DNA from: a virus
Taxonomy: Duplodnaviria; Caudoviricetes
DNA: 64,000 nt
Virus record (IMG/VR): IMGVR_UViG_3300033073_000492
Span: 1 to 64,000 of that record
Strand: one strand, 5' to 3'
Below, in pieces: positions 45,601-55,366 of the stretch. Below the pieces are notes generated by a model that searched no databases, was not told where the DNA came from, and saw only the letters and a list, made by a program, of their open reading frames with translations. Within the stretch, counting starts at the first letter, position 1. Each line of letters opens with the position of its first letter. Both the position numbers and the translations under genes were made by a program.

Positions 45601-48600
45601 ATAGCCGTCAGCCCACCAGTTTACGTAATTCCAGAATGCAGTAGTGTCATAATTTGAACCAGAAGCCATTAAGAATGACGCTTCTTTGAATTCATACACA
45701 GGGTATTGAATCAAGATTTCGTTAACACGTGACAAGTATACAAACAATGCTTGCAATCTGTTTGCAAACAAACTTTGATTTGGATTGTTTGAGATACCTA
45801 CCTTCATCATCTTTGGTAAGTATGGGTTAGGTACTAATGCACCTCTTGCATCTAGACCGGCAAAGCTGTCTAACAACTTTAAGTACAATCCTGTAGGTTC
45901 GCTCAAGCGATTATATGCTACTGGGAATCCAGGCAAGAAATCGTCAGGTGATCCGTCACGAATCAATTCAAACTTAGAATGTGATGGGTTATCTAAATCG
46001 CTACTACTGAATCCCACAAACAAACTAGAATCAAATGACAATGCATCTGATACGTTATGCAAACCAAACACACTTGATGAGTATGGTGCAAAGTAACTGA
46101 TACCTGATTGCTGTGGATTTGAAATATAACTTTCAATTACTGAATCGCTTAGTGTTTTTCCAGATTCAACAAATACTGTGTTAGTATTTCTAACCCAGAA
46201 GTAGTATTTTGAAACTAGTGTGTCAGAAGAATCAACGCCAACTGCGGTTGCATAGCTTTCTAAATCGTAAGGCACGCCAGGACCAGCATAGAATGATGGT
46301 GTAACAAAACTCTCTACCCAAGTATAAACTGTTACAGCACTACCTGGGAATACTTTACCCCAATACTTGCTATTGTACACAACATCATTTTGATGATAGT
46401 TTACAAATCGAGTATTTGAAGGATCAAACCAAATTGATCCAACTTGTTCTTTACCCCAAACAATGTTACCAACATAAACTGCCGGGTTGTTGTACCCTGC
46501 TGGGTCAGCATAACTGATGAAGTCAATGTTCTCACGTACTGCACCTAGTAACTTACCTTGAATTGGATCAATATAGTCCAATGGTGCAATGATTTCATTT
46601 GTATGTGTGTTGTACAATTGAACTTTTTGAACCTTGTTGATATCAACAATTGGGTTAGATTTTCTAAATGTTTGCCAGTTAGAAACACCACTGTTATTCT
46701 CAAACAATGTAACTCTGCCACCAACTTCTGATGGTTTAAACTTAGGTGAACCTACAATAATCTTATTATGTCTAAAGAACAATGATAGACCAAACTGAGG
46801 TTCGACGCCATAGTCTTCTGAGTCGTCAACTAGTATCTGTGAGTACATGAATGTACCTGCATTAGTCAACGATTCGTTATATTCTGCGATATAGTCATAC
46901 AAGTAAACTGCACCAGCGTTTCTATTGCTATCAATGAATTGTGTAAAGTTGTTATCAAATACAGTATCATTGTGATTCAATTCATCGTCAGTAAAGTCGA
47001 TAGTTGTGCCTACATAGCGTGAGCCTTTTGGTGCGCTAATCAACACTGAACCTTGTTCACTGAATTTAACCGCTTGACCAAAATTAGAACCTTTGTCGCC
47101 GTGAGGATTGATAAACGTATCGACTTTAGTATATTCGCTGATACCCAAGTAATACAATACGCTACCATTGAATACGCTCAATGTTAATTTGTCGTTAGCT
47201 GGGCCTAAAGTAGAATCGATTAAACGAATCTGAAGTTTGTCTGAGTTTCTATCTTCTTCAAATCCTGCCATTGGTACAGCGATAGCTTCTACGTTATCGA
47301 TGCTTGTGGCATTGATTGCATCAGCAATATCTTGTGCAGTGCCTGCTGGGATACTTACACGGAATCCATTGATTAAGATATCAACTGCTTGATACAAGTA
47401 CATCTGAACTGATTGTAAGCCGTTGATTACACCGTATTTTTTACCCTCGTTAATGAAACGTGATGCTGTACCTTCTGCATTTGATGCAGGGTCAACATAC
47501 CGTGGCGCACCAATGATTAAGTCAGAACCAAATACATTACAGTCTAAGCCCATACTGAATCGTGCACCAGGTACGATACCGCTTGGGTCATCATATACGT
47601 TTAAGATTTGTTTCTCAACAACACGGGCAGTATCTACCGTAATCTTATCGCCGGCATATACTGATATACCAATCAAGATTGTTGTTTCGCCTACTGTAGG
47701 ATCATCTTCATTAGGGAACGAAAAGATGCGTACATAATCATCAGGTAATCTTTCACCGTTCACTGAAATCACAGCAGACCCAGGAGCATACCCATAGATG
47801 TTTGATGTTGGCCAAGGCAACTTAAATGCTGCGATTGAGTACGGCGGCGAATCAAGTTGAACTTCAAAGTTTTCAACTAAACGTTCAAATACAAACGCCA
47901 TACCCGTATCTTGTTGTTCATAGCTTGCATCAAAGTAAGGTGCACCGATGAAAATCATCTTACCAGTGTAATCAGTAGCAAGGCTTTGTGCGAAACCGTC
48001 GGATGGGTCAGTACCAGCAGTAAACGCACCTACATATGTATAATTGATTGAAGAAGTATATACTTCTGTCAATGCTTCAATATCTAATAAGATAGGGGAA
48101 TCGACAAAGAAGATTGTTGAGTTTGTTCCACTGATATATTTACTTGTTACTATTGCGTATGTTGGTGAATAAGGATCGTTAGCAAATGTCACATCTTCAC
48201 CTACAGGTAAATCAACAACTTTGTTACCAAATACAGTGAACGATGTTGATCCTGATAAGATTTTATCTTTAACTTGAATTGCAGTAGAGTCAATAAACTT
48301 GTTGACGTTCTTTTGGAACGCTACAACGCCACCATATGATGATGCACTAGCATACAAGTAATTTGTATCACCGGATGCAGTCATCACTTCACCGATGCCG
48401 CCACCAGTGACCCATAAGTATTGTTGATATACTGCACGTTGAATCTTGTCAGTAGAAACTAGTTTGTATATCCAAATGAAACTGTTAGTACCTAGTGGGT
48501 CAGGTTGTGATATGAACAACATATCACCTTGAACTACAATATTAGTACCAAATGTGTTAGGAGTTGTTTTGCTAAACAATGGGGCCAATGTTTCTTGCGG

Positions 48601-51600
48601 AGAGGTAGCACCAGTGTCAGAATTATATGTAACTCTATGTACACGTTGTTTTCCCGCATCAGCAATAAAATATCCTAACTTAGGATGGTATGCTACTGAG
48701 TTACCAAATGTAGTTGTAGACCCGTATGAAGGAATATTAACACCACTGTAGTTGATAGACTTTCTATAAACTTCCCAGTTACCATCTGCACCGGTATCAA
48801 CCCACACAGTGTTCTTTCTAAACTCATTGTCTAACAATGGTAGATTTTTAATGTCACTTGGTGTACTGATGCGATGTGACAATAAACCAATCGGCATACC
48901 AAAGCCACTGATATTTGTAGTAGATGGGTCAAGATTTAATACAATGATGATAGTAGTCAATGAAGGTACGTTGATAACTCTGTAGAATCCATCAACTCTG
49001 CTATCAAAATGTGCAATACCAATCATATCATCAACAGAAACACCATGTACATTTGAGTATTGAACTGTTACAGTACCATCAAGGTTATTGATTACGTTGA
49101 TAACATGTGTCGCCGATGAACCACTTACCGATGTAATAGGAGTATATACTCCCCAATCATTTTGGTAATCAGCGATCCAAACATAATCATTCTTATACAA
49201 ATCATCAATTGCAACATTGTTTAAACCGGCAAAGTTGTAGGCTGCAAAACGAACATCATCAAACATGATGTATCCAGCAGACTTTAACACTTCATCATCT
49301 GGGTTAGTTGTTGGAATAGTTGCTAGTATGTCAGGAGTATTAACTACTCTTCCATAGTTAGCAAGTGAATGTATTAATACTTCTTGTTGAACGCCAGGAG
49401 TATCAACACCGTCAGACAACCCAACTACAACTGGGTTGCCGTTGAGTAAATTCTTATCTAATGCAATTTCAACAAAGTTCTGATTAGATACTCCGCCAAA
49501 TTCACCGCTCTTGATAGCCCAGTTTTCATAGATAGTATAGTCTACATCACCTTGAACCAATGATGCACCTTGTAATGCACCCATTGCACCAGTTGTACCC
49601 TTTGATTTAATGATGTTCTTGAAAACATTGAACTGTGACAAGTCTGGAATGTTTGCTTGTGACAAGTAATCTCTAGGACGATAACCAACAAGAGAGAATC
49701 CTAACAAATCAGCATCATTGTTTAAGTTACTACGATTGCTATCATAGTACAATGTACTTTCATACGCACGATTGCTTGCGTTAGGTAACATTCCCTTTGG
49801 AATCTTTTCGTAATCTGTTTTGATCCAGTCTTGTTTACTAAAATCAATACCTGGCTTAATCATACTGTTGGCGACCCAGTAGCTATTCTTGTTATAAACA
49901 ATTTCACCCTTAGTGTACTTTTGATTAGGTACCCAAGCAGTTATATTATCTTGGTTAAGAATAAATCCACCGGTATCAAAAGAACCATCCCAATCAGATG
50001 TTCTTAATCCTCGAACAAACATACGTTGTTGTCGTAATCCAGTTGTTAAGTTGAAGATAGTATCATTAAACACTGTAGTGTTATCGAAGATAACTACATG
50101 TTCCATGTTGCTTAAGTTCGCAACAAAGAAACTAAGAGTATCTTCCTCATTCATCGGAATGAGTCTAAATTCATTTCTATTTCTATAGACACCCAAATCT
50201 TTCATTTGGATTGGAATTAAGTTTTGATCCAATGCATAGTTTTCATAATTTTTTGCAAGTGATTGCACTACTGCATTTTTTCTATTAACTTTTAATTGCT
50301 TAGCCGCTGGGTTAACGTTGATTGTGCTACCAACTTCCCAACCACTTTGAATCCAGTATAACAATTCAGCAACCATTTGCTTCCAGTCAACTAGTAAGTT
50401 GTTCTCAACTAAGTCGAAGACCATACCACTATTTGTCAAGAATCTACCATAGTTGATTAAGAATTCACACAATGCTTGCGGTGTTGAAAACTCGTGTCCA
50501 TACGGATAATAAGTTATTGCGTCGGTGTATTCTTTGGTAATTTTTACAGAAATGTTGTTGACTGTTACTGTCTCGTAGTTACCATTAAACTTAGGTGTGA
50601 ATGCCTTGAAGTATGCCTTATTTTGGCTATTACCGAAGACATTGAATCCATTCTTAGATTTTTGAACAATGATACTTGAATAAGTGATAGTATCAAATGG
50701 TTGGTTGTTGTATAGTAGTACACTATAACTTTCTTCCGGAATCAACAGTGATGAATTAGAACTATTTGGACTTGATTTCTCAACATAGAACTTCAACATT
50801 GATTTGTCAGTAAATCCACCAACACGATATGTCAATGAAACTTTAATATTTTTAATGAAGTCAGCTATGATAGCACTTCCATTTACTCCAAACTGTTGTA
50901 GGTAGTCAACTACCCAAGCGGCGTAACCATGTTGTGCGGTGCTATCAATTTCTGCACGTGTGCCACCACGACCTTGACCATAGATTGTCAAATTGCTAGG
51001 AGCGGCACGTAATCTATTAAAAATTAAGAATTGGTCAAACTCAGAGTTATATCGATATGCGTCTAAGTCAATACCTTGTGTAAAGAATGCTGGTGGTTTC
51101 GTTAATGCATATAGACGCATTAAATCAAACGGCCAAGTAGAACTCTTTTGATAACTGAACTCAGCAGGGCTCATGTCACCTACTTTCCAATCACGGTTGA
51201 TTGAACCGATGTCTGAGAAACCTACAATACTTTTCATAGGTGATACTAAATTACCATATGTATCCACTGGCAACACATCTTTCAATCCAGGGCGTTGGAA
51301 ATATTCTTCAATGTAAGGGTTACCGTCATTCCAGTCTAGCCCCTTTTCTAAATCACCCCATAACAATGTATTATCACTTGTGTAGGGGCCTGTGCCATAG
51401 CGTTTGTCCCACCATGATGGCTTATTAGTATATCCAATCATTTCCCATGGAGACAAGTGAGGACGTGTAGTATCATACAAGTCCATGTAAATGCCTCTCC
51501 AATTGCCGTGATGGAATGGTTGATTGGTTACTTTGTCACGACACTGACCATAGTTCCATGTAAATTCATTAGAGGCATTAAAATACTGACTCTTAAACTC

Positions 51601-54600
51601 TAAACGATTTTGACCCACCCAGTTTAAAAACTGTGTGCTATACATTGATAAAATTTCTTCTTCATTGAAATCATTCGTTCTGAAGAAACCAGGCATAATA
51701 CTTTCACGCACGATTGGTAAGTCGGCTACAACTTTAATGTTGTTGTAAACACGTTGTTCGAATTCTAAGAGAATTCTATCTCGCATATCAGTTAATATAC
51801 CATTGTCATATTCACCAAATAATTTAGTGTGCGATCCATCGTGCCCTACAATAAAGTAAGTAGGTGTTAAGAATGTGTCATCCAAAACAATCTCAGGAAT
51901 TGTCTTTGGATACAATCCCATCTTCGTTGGAGTGTTAGGAACATAACTACCAAATGTTTGGTTGTATTCTTTGATGATAACCTTATCACCTGGTACAAAA
52001 TTATAATTGATAGAAATTTTAGGTTCAGTTTCACTTACTATGTAATCAACATCACGAGTAAGTTGTGCTGTTACTAAGTTACCGTCAATGTTTCTAGTCA
52101 CATAAATCAACACAGAATAATAGTTCGCAACAGAGAAAGAATAGATTCTACTTAGAGGGTATTCTACTGATTTAGTAAATGTGTTAAACGTATATCGTGA
52201 TACTGTTTTAGGAGCCTTAGATGGAATCATATCGCTCCAATAGAATGGAGTAGATTCATTGCGGACATTAGCAATTTGATTCAAAATGTCATCTAAGATA
52301 TCGTCAATAGTATGAATAGGTGTGTAGTCACCGTTGGTAAGGGAGTTAACAATCAGTGACTTGAATTTAATATACTCAGTTGCATTATATGATAAGGCAT
52401 TGAAAATGTTATAATCTTGGTTACGCAAGAACAACGCTGGCATAGCCATTGAACCTGAGTTTTGAATAATACGAGTACCATAGTTCACTACATTTCCTAA
52501 ATCACGGTAGTTATTAGGGCCAAACGCACTTCCTTCTAGTGTGGAAATGTTGTTACAAATGCTCTTGAAGTGACCTCTGATATCCCCGGAACTGATTGTA
52601 GTTACTTGATAGTTGAACGGATTACTATCAATATTCATCGGGATGTCATAATAACCAAACTTACTTACTTGGTCACTATAAATCATAACTTCAACACGTG
52701 AAGTATCCAACACCGTAGGGATATTAATTACAGTTGAGTTGTCGGTAATTGTAGCGGAATAAAGATCCGCACCAATGCGCTCGTTATCTAAATAGACAAC
52801 TAATGTAGGCCAAGGTGTTGATGCAGAATCTTTTGGTGCAATGTCACATGTGAAGGTAGTGATATTAGCGTCAACCCCATCAAACTTGAAAATTTGATAT
52901 TGAAAACTAGGTCCGGCTGCTGTAACCCAACCAAGCTGGCGTTCAAAGTTTGTTCTGTCTGTATACTTATAAACGTATCCATAGTTCACTGGCATGTTAG
53001 TAGAAACACTATCTACTACGAAGTTAAAACTTTGTGTGTTTAATGTTGCTTCAAAAAGAATATCACCGATATTGTTCACTGAACTATATGCTAACGGAAC
53101 ACCCAAGATAGGATCATCAGGTCCAGTGCCTACTGCAAATTGGAACAATGTACAACCAACAAAGTCACTACCACTATAATAATCTTGGTCACCAAAACTG
53201 ATACCATTAGAATCATACACATCAAACAACGGTGGTTGATTGTCGTACAGTTTTTGTTGGCTAAGATTCCAATTAGCGCCATCAAAGTGATATGATTTAC
53301 CTTGACTTACTTGACCTTGAATACAGATAACTTGGTCACCAGCTAACACTTCACCGTCAACAGCGGATGATAATGTAATAGTACTTGGTTTAGTTGAATC
53401 TACAATACTGTTACTTACTACATAAATTTTGTTTCTAACTTGTGGGTTGTTATCATTAGCAAATACAATCCTAGCACCATCAAACAATGTAACAGTTGAG
53501 CCATCAGCATTATATGAATGCTTTCCGGACACATCAGTAAATGCATCAGTAGTAGTAAAGTCAATAAAGTCAATTGGTGCTTTATATGAAGTACCGTGAT
53601 TGAACAATCCTAAATTAGGATAGAATTCGATAATAGGACGTTTAGCACGTGTGTCATTGTTATTCAACGCAGCTTGTGTTATAGGGCTGTTTGGAGTATG
53701 AGCTAATGTAGTGGCTAGTACGTCATAATGAAACCATCTGTTACTACGACTCCATGCGTTGCGGTCATTGCTATTACGATTAATAGTAATATGGTCTTTG
53801 ACTGCAGGGACTGATGTTGAACTACCGTATGCTTCTAAGTCAAATGGTTTAGTTTCATAAGGTGTACTATATGATTGGGTAAATCCTTCCGGCACGATTA
53901 ATTCGTCTACTGGAATGAGGTTGATACTTGTACCAACACCCTCAACATAATAACTTTGACCTTTGTATTCATCTGGATAGATATATCCCACAAATGTGAC
54001 CTTTAGTCCATTGGTGAACTTTACGCCGTTGGGGCTAGTGTATGTTACCTGACCGATGATATCTCGCTGAACGTCAATAACATCATCAGACAGACGGTCA
54101 ACAATTCTAATCTTACCAAATCTACTTGGGTTAACGGTATCTTGATAATACAGTGTATCTAATGGAGCACTGATGAATGGAATCATTATCAAGTCACCGT
54201 AACTTGGTTTCGCAAAGTTACGATGTAAATATTTTACACCATATGTTGCTGTAATTTTAGTGTCATTAGGAATCTTATCGTATTCAGATAACACAACTAC
54301 TGTATCTAGGCCAGTGCCTACATAGTTGATTTGATAGATAGTTTCTGAAACATTTGAATAGAAACCTTCTTCAAACATTTCTGGATTTTCACTTCCAAGA
54401 TTTTCAACAGCAAACGGAACGCTATTATATAACTCACCGATGAAACCTTTATCATCAGATGTTGCTCCGTAGAAAATTAAAGTTCTTCCCTCTAAAGAAT
54501 TGATACCATCAATGTTCTTCAATTGTGACAAAGGCACACCATGAATCTCATTGAACTTTTTGGTAGTTACTAAATCGACTTCAACATCTCCGGGAAATAA

Positions 54601-55347
54601 CAATGATTGTTGGTCGGTTGCGTTAGGTACGTTGAATGTCATTGTACCATGTGTTGAACCGTTATTAGTCACTCCTAAAATATCACGAACACTTATATTA
54701 GTGTGGTTAGGATCAACACCGTCAATGCCGGGATAGCCTTGAATAAAGAATTGTGAATCTTGGTCTGTAGTAAATGTATACTTACCACCTCTCATCAAAG
54801 TGATAGTTGGGTTACCTGTGTTTAGTTTAACTGTATCAGCTTTGATGTCGAATGCATTACCGTTAACAGAAACAGTATAATCCACGTTAAAGAATGCGGC
54901 GGCGTTAGTGATGGTAACTGCTTCAGCCCCGTTAGGCAACCAATAATATTGACCGTAGTTAACCACTTTATCCAAGTCAACAAAGCTATCCCATGAATAG
55001 AACTGTTGCTTGAACAACCTGTTATGGTCTCCGGTAATTGCCCCTTCATTAGCAAGAGTATCAATCATGCCCTTGTATGTTAATAAATCTGTGACTGCGT
55101 TAGTTACTGAGTCACGAAAAACAACTGCCGGTTCTAGTTGATAATCTTCTCTTTCTTTAGACGATTCAGTGACGTATTGGTCTGTGGTTTTTACACCATA
55201 GCCAAACTTACTACCAATATAACCCTGAATCTTTTCAGTTCTAGGTTGTTGAACTAACTGGTCAAGTGTTGCACTTAAAAATTGTTCGTTAGTTTTGGTT
55301 CTAAAAATCTCTGGTAGAAAATCTATCGTTCTAACTTGTGTTACCAT
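39676..55347 (-). CDS. giant 5223-aa baseplate/tail structural protein with beta-propeller modules
   Basis: Uninterrupted 15.7-kb ORF following the gp6-like gene; FG-GAP-like repeats (~46700-48720) and BNR/Asp-box-like repeats (~41800-42800). Confidence 0.8.
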   Translation of the reverse strand: MVTQVRTIDFLPEIFRTKTNEQFLSATLDQLVQQPRTEKIQGYIGSKFGYGVKTTDQYVTESSKEREDYQLEPAVVFRDSVTNAVTDLLTYKGMIDTLANEGAITGDHNRLFKQQFYSWDSFVDLDKVVNYGQYYWLPNGAEAVTITNAAAFFNVDYTVSVNGNAFDIKADTVKLNTGNPTITLMRGGKYTFTTDQDSQFFIQGYPGIDGVDPNHTNISVRDILGVTNNGSTHGTMTFNVPNATDQQSLLFPGDVEVDLVTTKKFNEIHGVPLSQLKNIDGINSLEGRTLIFYGATSDDKGFIGELYNSVPFAVENLGSENPEMFEEGFYSNVSETIYQINYVGTGLDTVVVLSEYDKIPNDTKITATYGVKYLHRNFAKPSYGDLIMIPFISAPLDTLYYQDTVNPSRFGKIRIVDRLSDDVIDVQRDIIGQVTYTSPNGVKFTNGLKVTFVGYIYPDEYKGQSYYVEGVGTSINLIPVDELIVPEGFTQSYSTPYETKPFDLEAYGSSTSVPAVKDHITINRNSNDRNAWSRSNRWFHYDVLATTLAHTPNSPITQAALNNNDTRAKRPIIEFYPNLGLFNHGTSYKAPIDFIDFTTTDAFTDVSGKHSYNADGSTVTLFDGARIVFANDNNPQVRNKIYVVSNSIVDSTKPSTITLSSAVDGEVLAGDQVICIQGQVSQGKSYHFDGANWNLSQQKLYDNQPPLFDVYDSNGISFGDQDYYSGSDFVGCTLFQFAVGTGPDDPILGVPLAYSSVNNIGDILFEATLNTQSFNFVVDSVSTNMPVNYGYVYKYTDRTNFERQLGWVTAAGPSFQYQIFKFDGVDANITTFTCDIAPKDSASTPWPTLVVYLDNERIGADLYSATITDNSTVINIPTVLDTSRVEVMIYSDQVSKFGYYDIPMNIDSNPFNYQVTTISSGDIRGHFKSICNNISTLEGSAFGPNNYRDLGNVVNYGTRIIQNSGSMAMPALFLRNQDYNIFNALSYNATEYIKFKSLIVNSLTNGDYTPIHTIDDILDDILNQIANVRNESTPFYWSDMIPSKAPKTVSRYTFNTFTKSVEYPLSRIYSFSVANYYSVLIYVTRNIDGNLVTAQLTRDVDYIVSETEPKISINYNFVPGDKVIIKEYNQTFGSYVPNTPTKMGLYPKTIPEIVLDDTFLTPTYFIVGHDGSHTKLFGEYDNGILTDMRDRILLEFEQRVYNNIKVVADLPIVRESIMPGFFRTNDFNEEEILSMYSTQFLNWVGQNRLEFKSQYFNASNEFTWNYGQCRDKVTNQPFHHGNWRGIYMDLYDTTRPHLSPWEMIGYTNKPSWWDKRYGTGPYTSDNTLLWGDLEKGLDWNDGNPYIEEYFQRPGLKDVLPVDTYGNLVSPMKSIVGFSDIGSINRDWKVGDMSPAEFSYQKSSTWPFDLMRLYALTKPPAFFTQGIDLDAYRYNSEFDQFLIFNRLRAAPSNLTIYGQGRGGTRAEIDSTAQHGYAAWVVDYLQQFGVNGSAIIADFIKNIKVSLTYRVGGFTDKSMLKFYVEKSSPNSSNSSLLIPEESYSVLLYNNQPFDTITYSSIIVQKSKNGFNVFGNSQNKAYFKAFTPKFNGNYETVTVNNISVKITKEYTDAITYYPYGHEFSTPQALCEFLINYGRFLTNSGMVFDLVENNLLVDWKQMVAELLYWIQSGWEVGSTINVNPAAKQLKVNRKNAVVQSLAKNYENYALDQNLIPIQMKDLGVYRNRNEFRLIPMNEEDTLSFFVANLSNMEHVVIFDNTTVFNDTIFNLTTGLRQQRMFVRGLRTSDWDGSFDTGGFILNQDNITAWVPNQKYTKGEIVYNKNSYWVANSMIKPGIDFSKQDWIKTDYEKIPKGMLPNASNRAYESTLYYDSNRSNLNNDADLLGFSLVGYRPRDYLSQANIPDLSQFNVFKNIIKSKGTTGAMGALQGASLVQGDVDYTIYENWAIKSGEFGGVSNQNFVEIALDKNLLNGNPVVVGLSDGVDTPGVQQEVLIHSLANYGRVVNTPDILATIPTTNPDDEVLKSAGYIMFDDVRFAAYNFAGLNNVAIDDLYKNDYVWIADYQNDWGVYTPITSVSGSSATHVINVINNLDGTVTVQYSNVHGVSVDDMIGIAHFDSRVDGFYRVINVPSLTTIIIVLNLDPSTTNISGFGMPIGLLSHRISTPSDIKNLPLLDNEFRKNTVWVDTGADGNWEVYRKSINYSGVNIPSYGSTTTFGNSVAYHPKLGYFIADAGKQRVHRVTYNSDTGATSPQETLAPLFSKTTPNTFGTNIVVQGDMLFISQPDPLGTNSFIWIYKLVSTDKIQRAVYQQYLWVTGGGIGEVMTASGDTNYLYASASSYGGVVAFQKNVNKFIDSTAIQVKDKILSGSTSFTVFGNKVVDLPVGEDVTFANDPYSPTYAIVTSKYISGTNSTIFFVDSPILLDIEALTEVYTSSINYTYVGAFTAGTDPSDGFAQSLATDYTGKMIFIGAPYFDASYEQQDTGMAFVFERLVENFEVQLDSPPYSIAAFKLPWPTSNIYGYAPGSAVISVNGERLPDDYVRIFSFPNEDDPTVGETTILIGISVYAGDKITVDTARVVEKQILNVYDDPSGIVPGARFSMGLDCNVFGSDLIIGAPRYVDPASNAEGTASRFINEGKKYGVINGLQSVQMYLYQAVDILINGFRVSIPAGTAQDIADAINATSIDNVEAIAVPMAGFEEDRNSDKLQIRLIDSTLGPANDKLTLSVFNGSVLYYLGISEYTKVDTFINPHGDKGSNFGQAVKFSEQGSVLISAPKGSRYVGTTIDFTDDELNHNDTVFDNNFTQFIDSNRNAGAVYLYDYIAEYNESLTNAGTFMYSQILVDDSEDYGVEPQFGLSLFFRHNKIIVGSPKFKPSEVGGRVTLFENNSGVSNWQTFRKSNPIVDINKVQKVQLYNTHTNEIIAPLDYIDPIQGKLLGAVRENIDFISYADPAGYNNPAVYVGNIVWGKEQVGSIWFDPSNTRFVNYHQNDVVYNSKYWGKVFPGSAVTVYTWVESFVTPSFYAGPGVPYDLESYATAVGVDSSDTLVSKYYFWVRNTNTVFVESGKTLSDSVIESYISNPQQSGISYFAPYSSSVFGLHNVSDALSFDSSLFVGFSSSDLDNPSHSKFELIRDGSPDDFLPGFPVAYNRLSEPTGLYLKLLDSFAGLDARGALVPNPYLPKMMKVGISNNPNQSLFANRLQALFVYLSRVNEILIQYPVYEFKEASFLMASGSNYDTTAFWNYVNWWADGYSDSTRPIIEVNKYQELYTLDAVEGMIAGVQSNSSGRYETYAYINSTWTRVGLENGTIQFSNKLWDYGTSGIGLGSSFFDVDNFDTYPSAETRHIIRAINEQLFVGEMFKYRNECLILVFEYIQSENIGSNQYLPWLNKTSFIDVGNKVRDLITTPKYQKDDTDMLYGYINEVKPYHAVIKDFYLQYAGTETYNSGITDFDLPSLYTSELLTFASPQLTYGAEKTNQYNSSNTIWNHQEYNNWIQHIGMTLTGEKEAQVALVAKYVTVADNQIYVDNAYGLPVQGTIKIDNELITYSKVDRVKGRLYNLNRGVEGTTVSVHFPGVKISMDLPGVIITDSGRDYIDPPKIEARIDTTKYIAPKRDAVLTAIMSGDKVIGVTVNDPGEGYVAVPEIYIAPSISAGFNESMMNFGDNTIVIPTQEFVTGDLVRFVILSEDADELTQELIGLTPESFYYVNVASKFDDGINSLISLHTSYVTAKSGDHRVELYYKGDAVAEALEPITEMEYALEIAAKASPIIKNAFTREIKTVMKYDRTSYGSTVQEWQPGMFWPSPFNSLGNDASSDTGLYDPEASIAQTSWQGSVVDITGVDGTDGTAVVTVDYSHSNGLQPGQIKGLKMYFYKTFPAYQYDDTGTTFDKAYIEDDQLYVEVFPGNSYPENGDRVYGVGVLPDTYIISDDGTVVNTGVTYRVYTVSSVQSVNETKMNTLGGAKFKIYRPRFDPTAISNSYYIIMEEAGFKYSDGDRIKVFGTELGGRDGVNDFYLDIVYTTAFKGISIYDISGVAKGEFTMYYANPVSQDQIKVYADSAFKIPVLINKFNFVPGDSIFVPEPFTTSAGYKYVVTATVVYQDVVYRCIQSNSDYIFDPNKWTPVSSDDRSLNAIDRVISYYKPTSTMPGNWLQVLQGVTYPYNIYRGNVFAPSDELPLDIILQDQPFYPRDISITGITYDGAYYVASANSKDHSLVMTSTDGINWDTFKLSNKVLNATGIATTNAPSYLITTTTSVSPVMLSFDLTNWQTIGEFTPYDVVIFGDSGFDSTGLKAPTKPMNDIIYVNETFYAVGTEIIRSRDGLVWESIYNFGSSLPNELKSVLAIDSDYFAGFIAVGYGISVTSGAGTAMPQLDQVGRVLLSMDGNTWNPVTPRGTNEQLNAITASQNTIVIAGSNATIMYAHNKTTTDMLDPALWTVGTVNDASPTDTINDAYYADGTFVLVGNNGLVLTSTTGIYWDVATSNVTHDLNTITFDGEYFIAAGSHGIIIRSNTQGSTWENVSYITTKAPSYDIKGDDFVSGYGPEELVAGIINDSLSMRVRTKPGTFWDNDEITQDFKYGYTGFNMQTTRGVLDVYNQISFDNIVENPAQINVFVLDSNERYVRVYENYTYTINWVTKTITFNNPTDAQILVEVYEVGNGRQIVRTNSQTTPLRVNEFGNSMFVLPYSFTPSVALFSVNNINIDPLIYHNGTKLVYGTDFSLHVIDGNTYINFETLYDDSVDYFSLVILSDTVVPEYNELLYSYSIPETEVFAYVDSTEFALSNYTGGDNADNAIVEINGYRCNSADYTIDTENNLLTVVASLSEGDLVAITTFYDTKRQNLKTITTDGLRVAPIHFVDRAVTPVMIVASEDHGLVDTDQVHIDGLKGSTQLNNDVYYVKVLDSYVWEGKTYYPIELYRDFEIFGGNPVFALPVEGGAVSTYVSGGYIWKDSETVEVINNAIEYTAGDRTWVTINGQRVDPSNLRFHGANKLNIMTKLTPTDNIIITSMVSEATPGMMEFNLSVDKNGMGSVYRIKEDVWLTEPFYTYQDVMHVNDSRKIVSNVVEDVYVTSNDNKLVAALTYKIEDLSGAVVYNKSTLTTLDRKQYVIRNIDSRPHVVFTTGVSLNDELVVTLQIGHMIEVNGEKIRFRNIDHATNTISGLTRGVNMTGIVKVHNQYDYVHGLNDKVMLNPDYYTSVWNSTNFLPYGDPLQLSTNAPGKFLNTGNY

Positions 55348-55366
55348 TATAATTACCTATATTATA

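Noticed and set aside
39676-55347. Intein, intron or homing endonuclease explaining the giant ORF
   Set aside because: No LAGLIDADG, HNH or GIY-YIG motif and no intein HN-(C/S/T) junction were noticed; not formally excluded without an HMM search.
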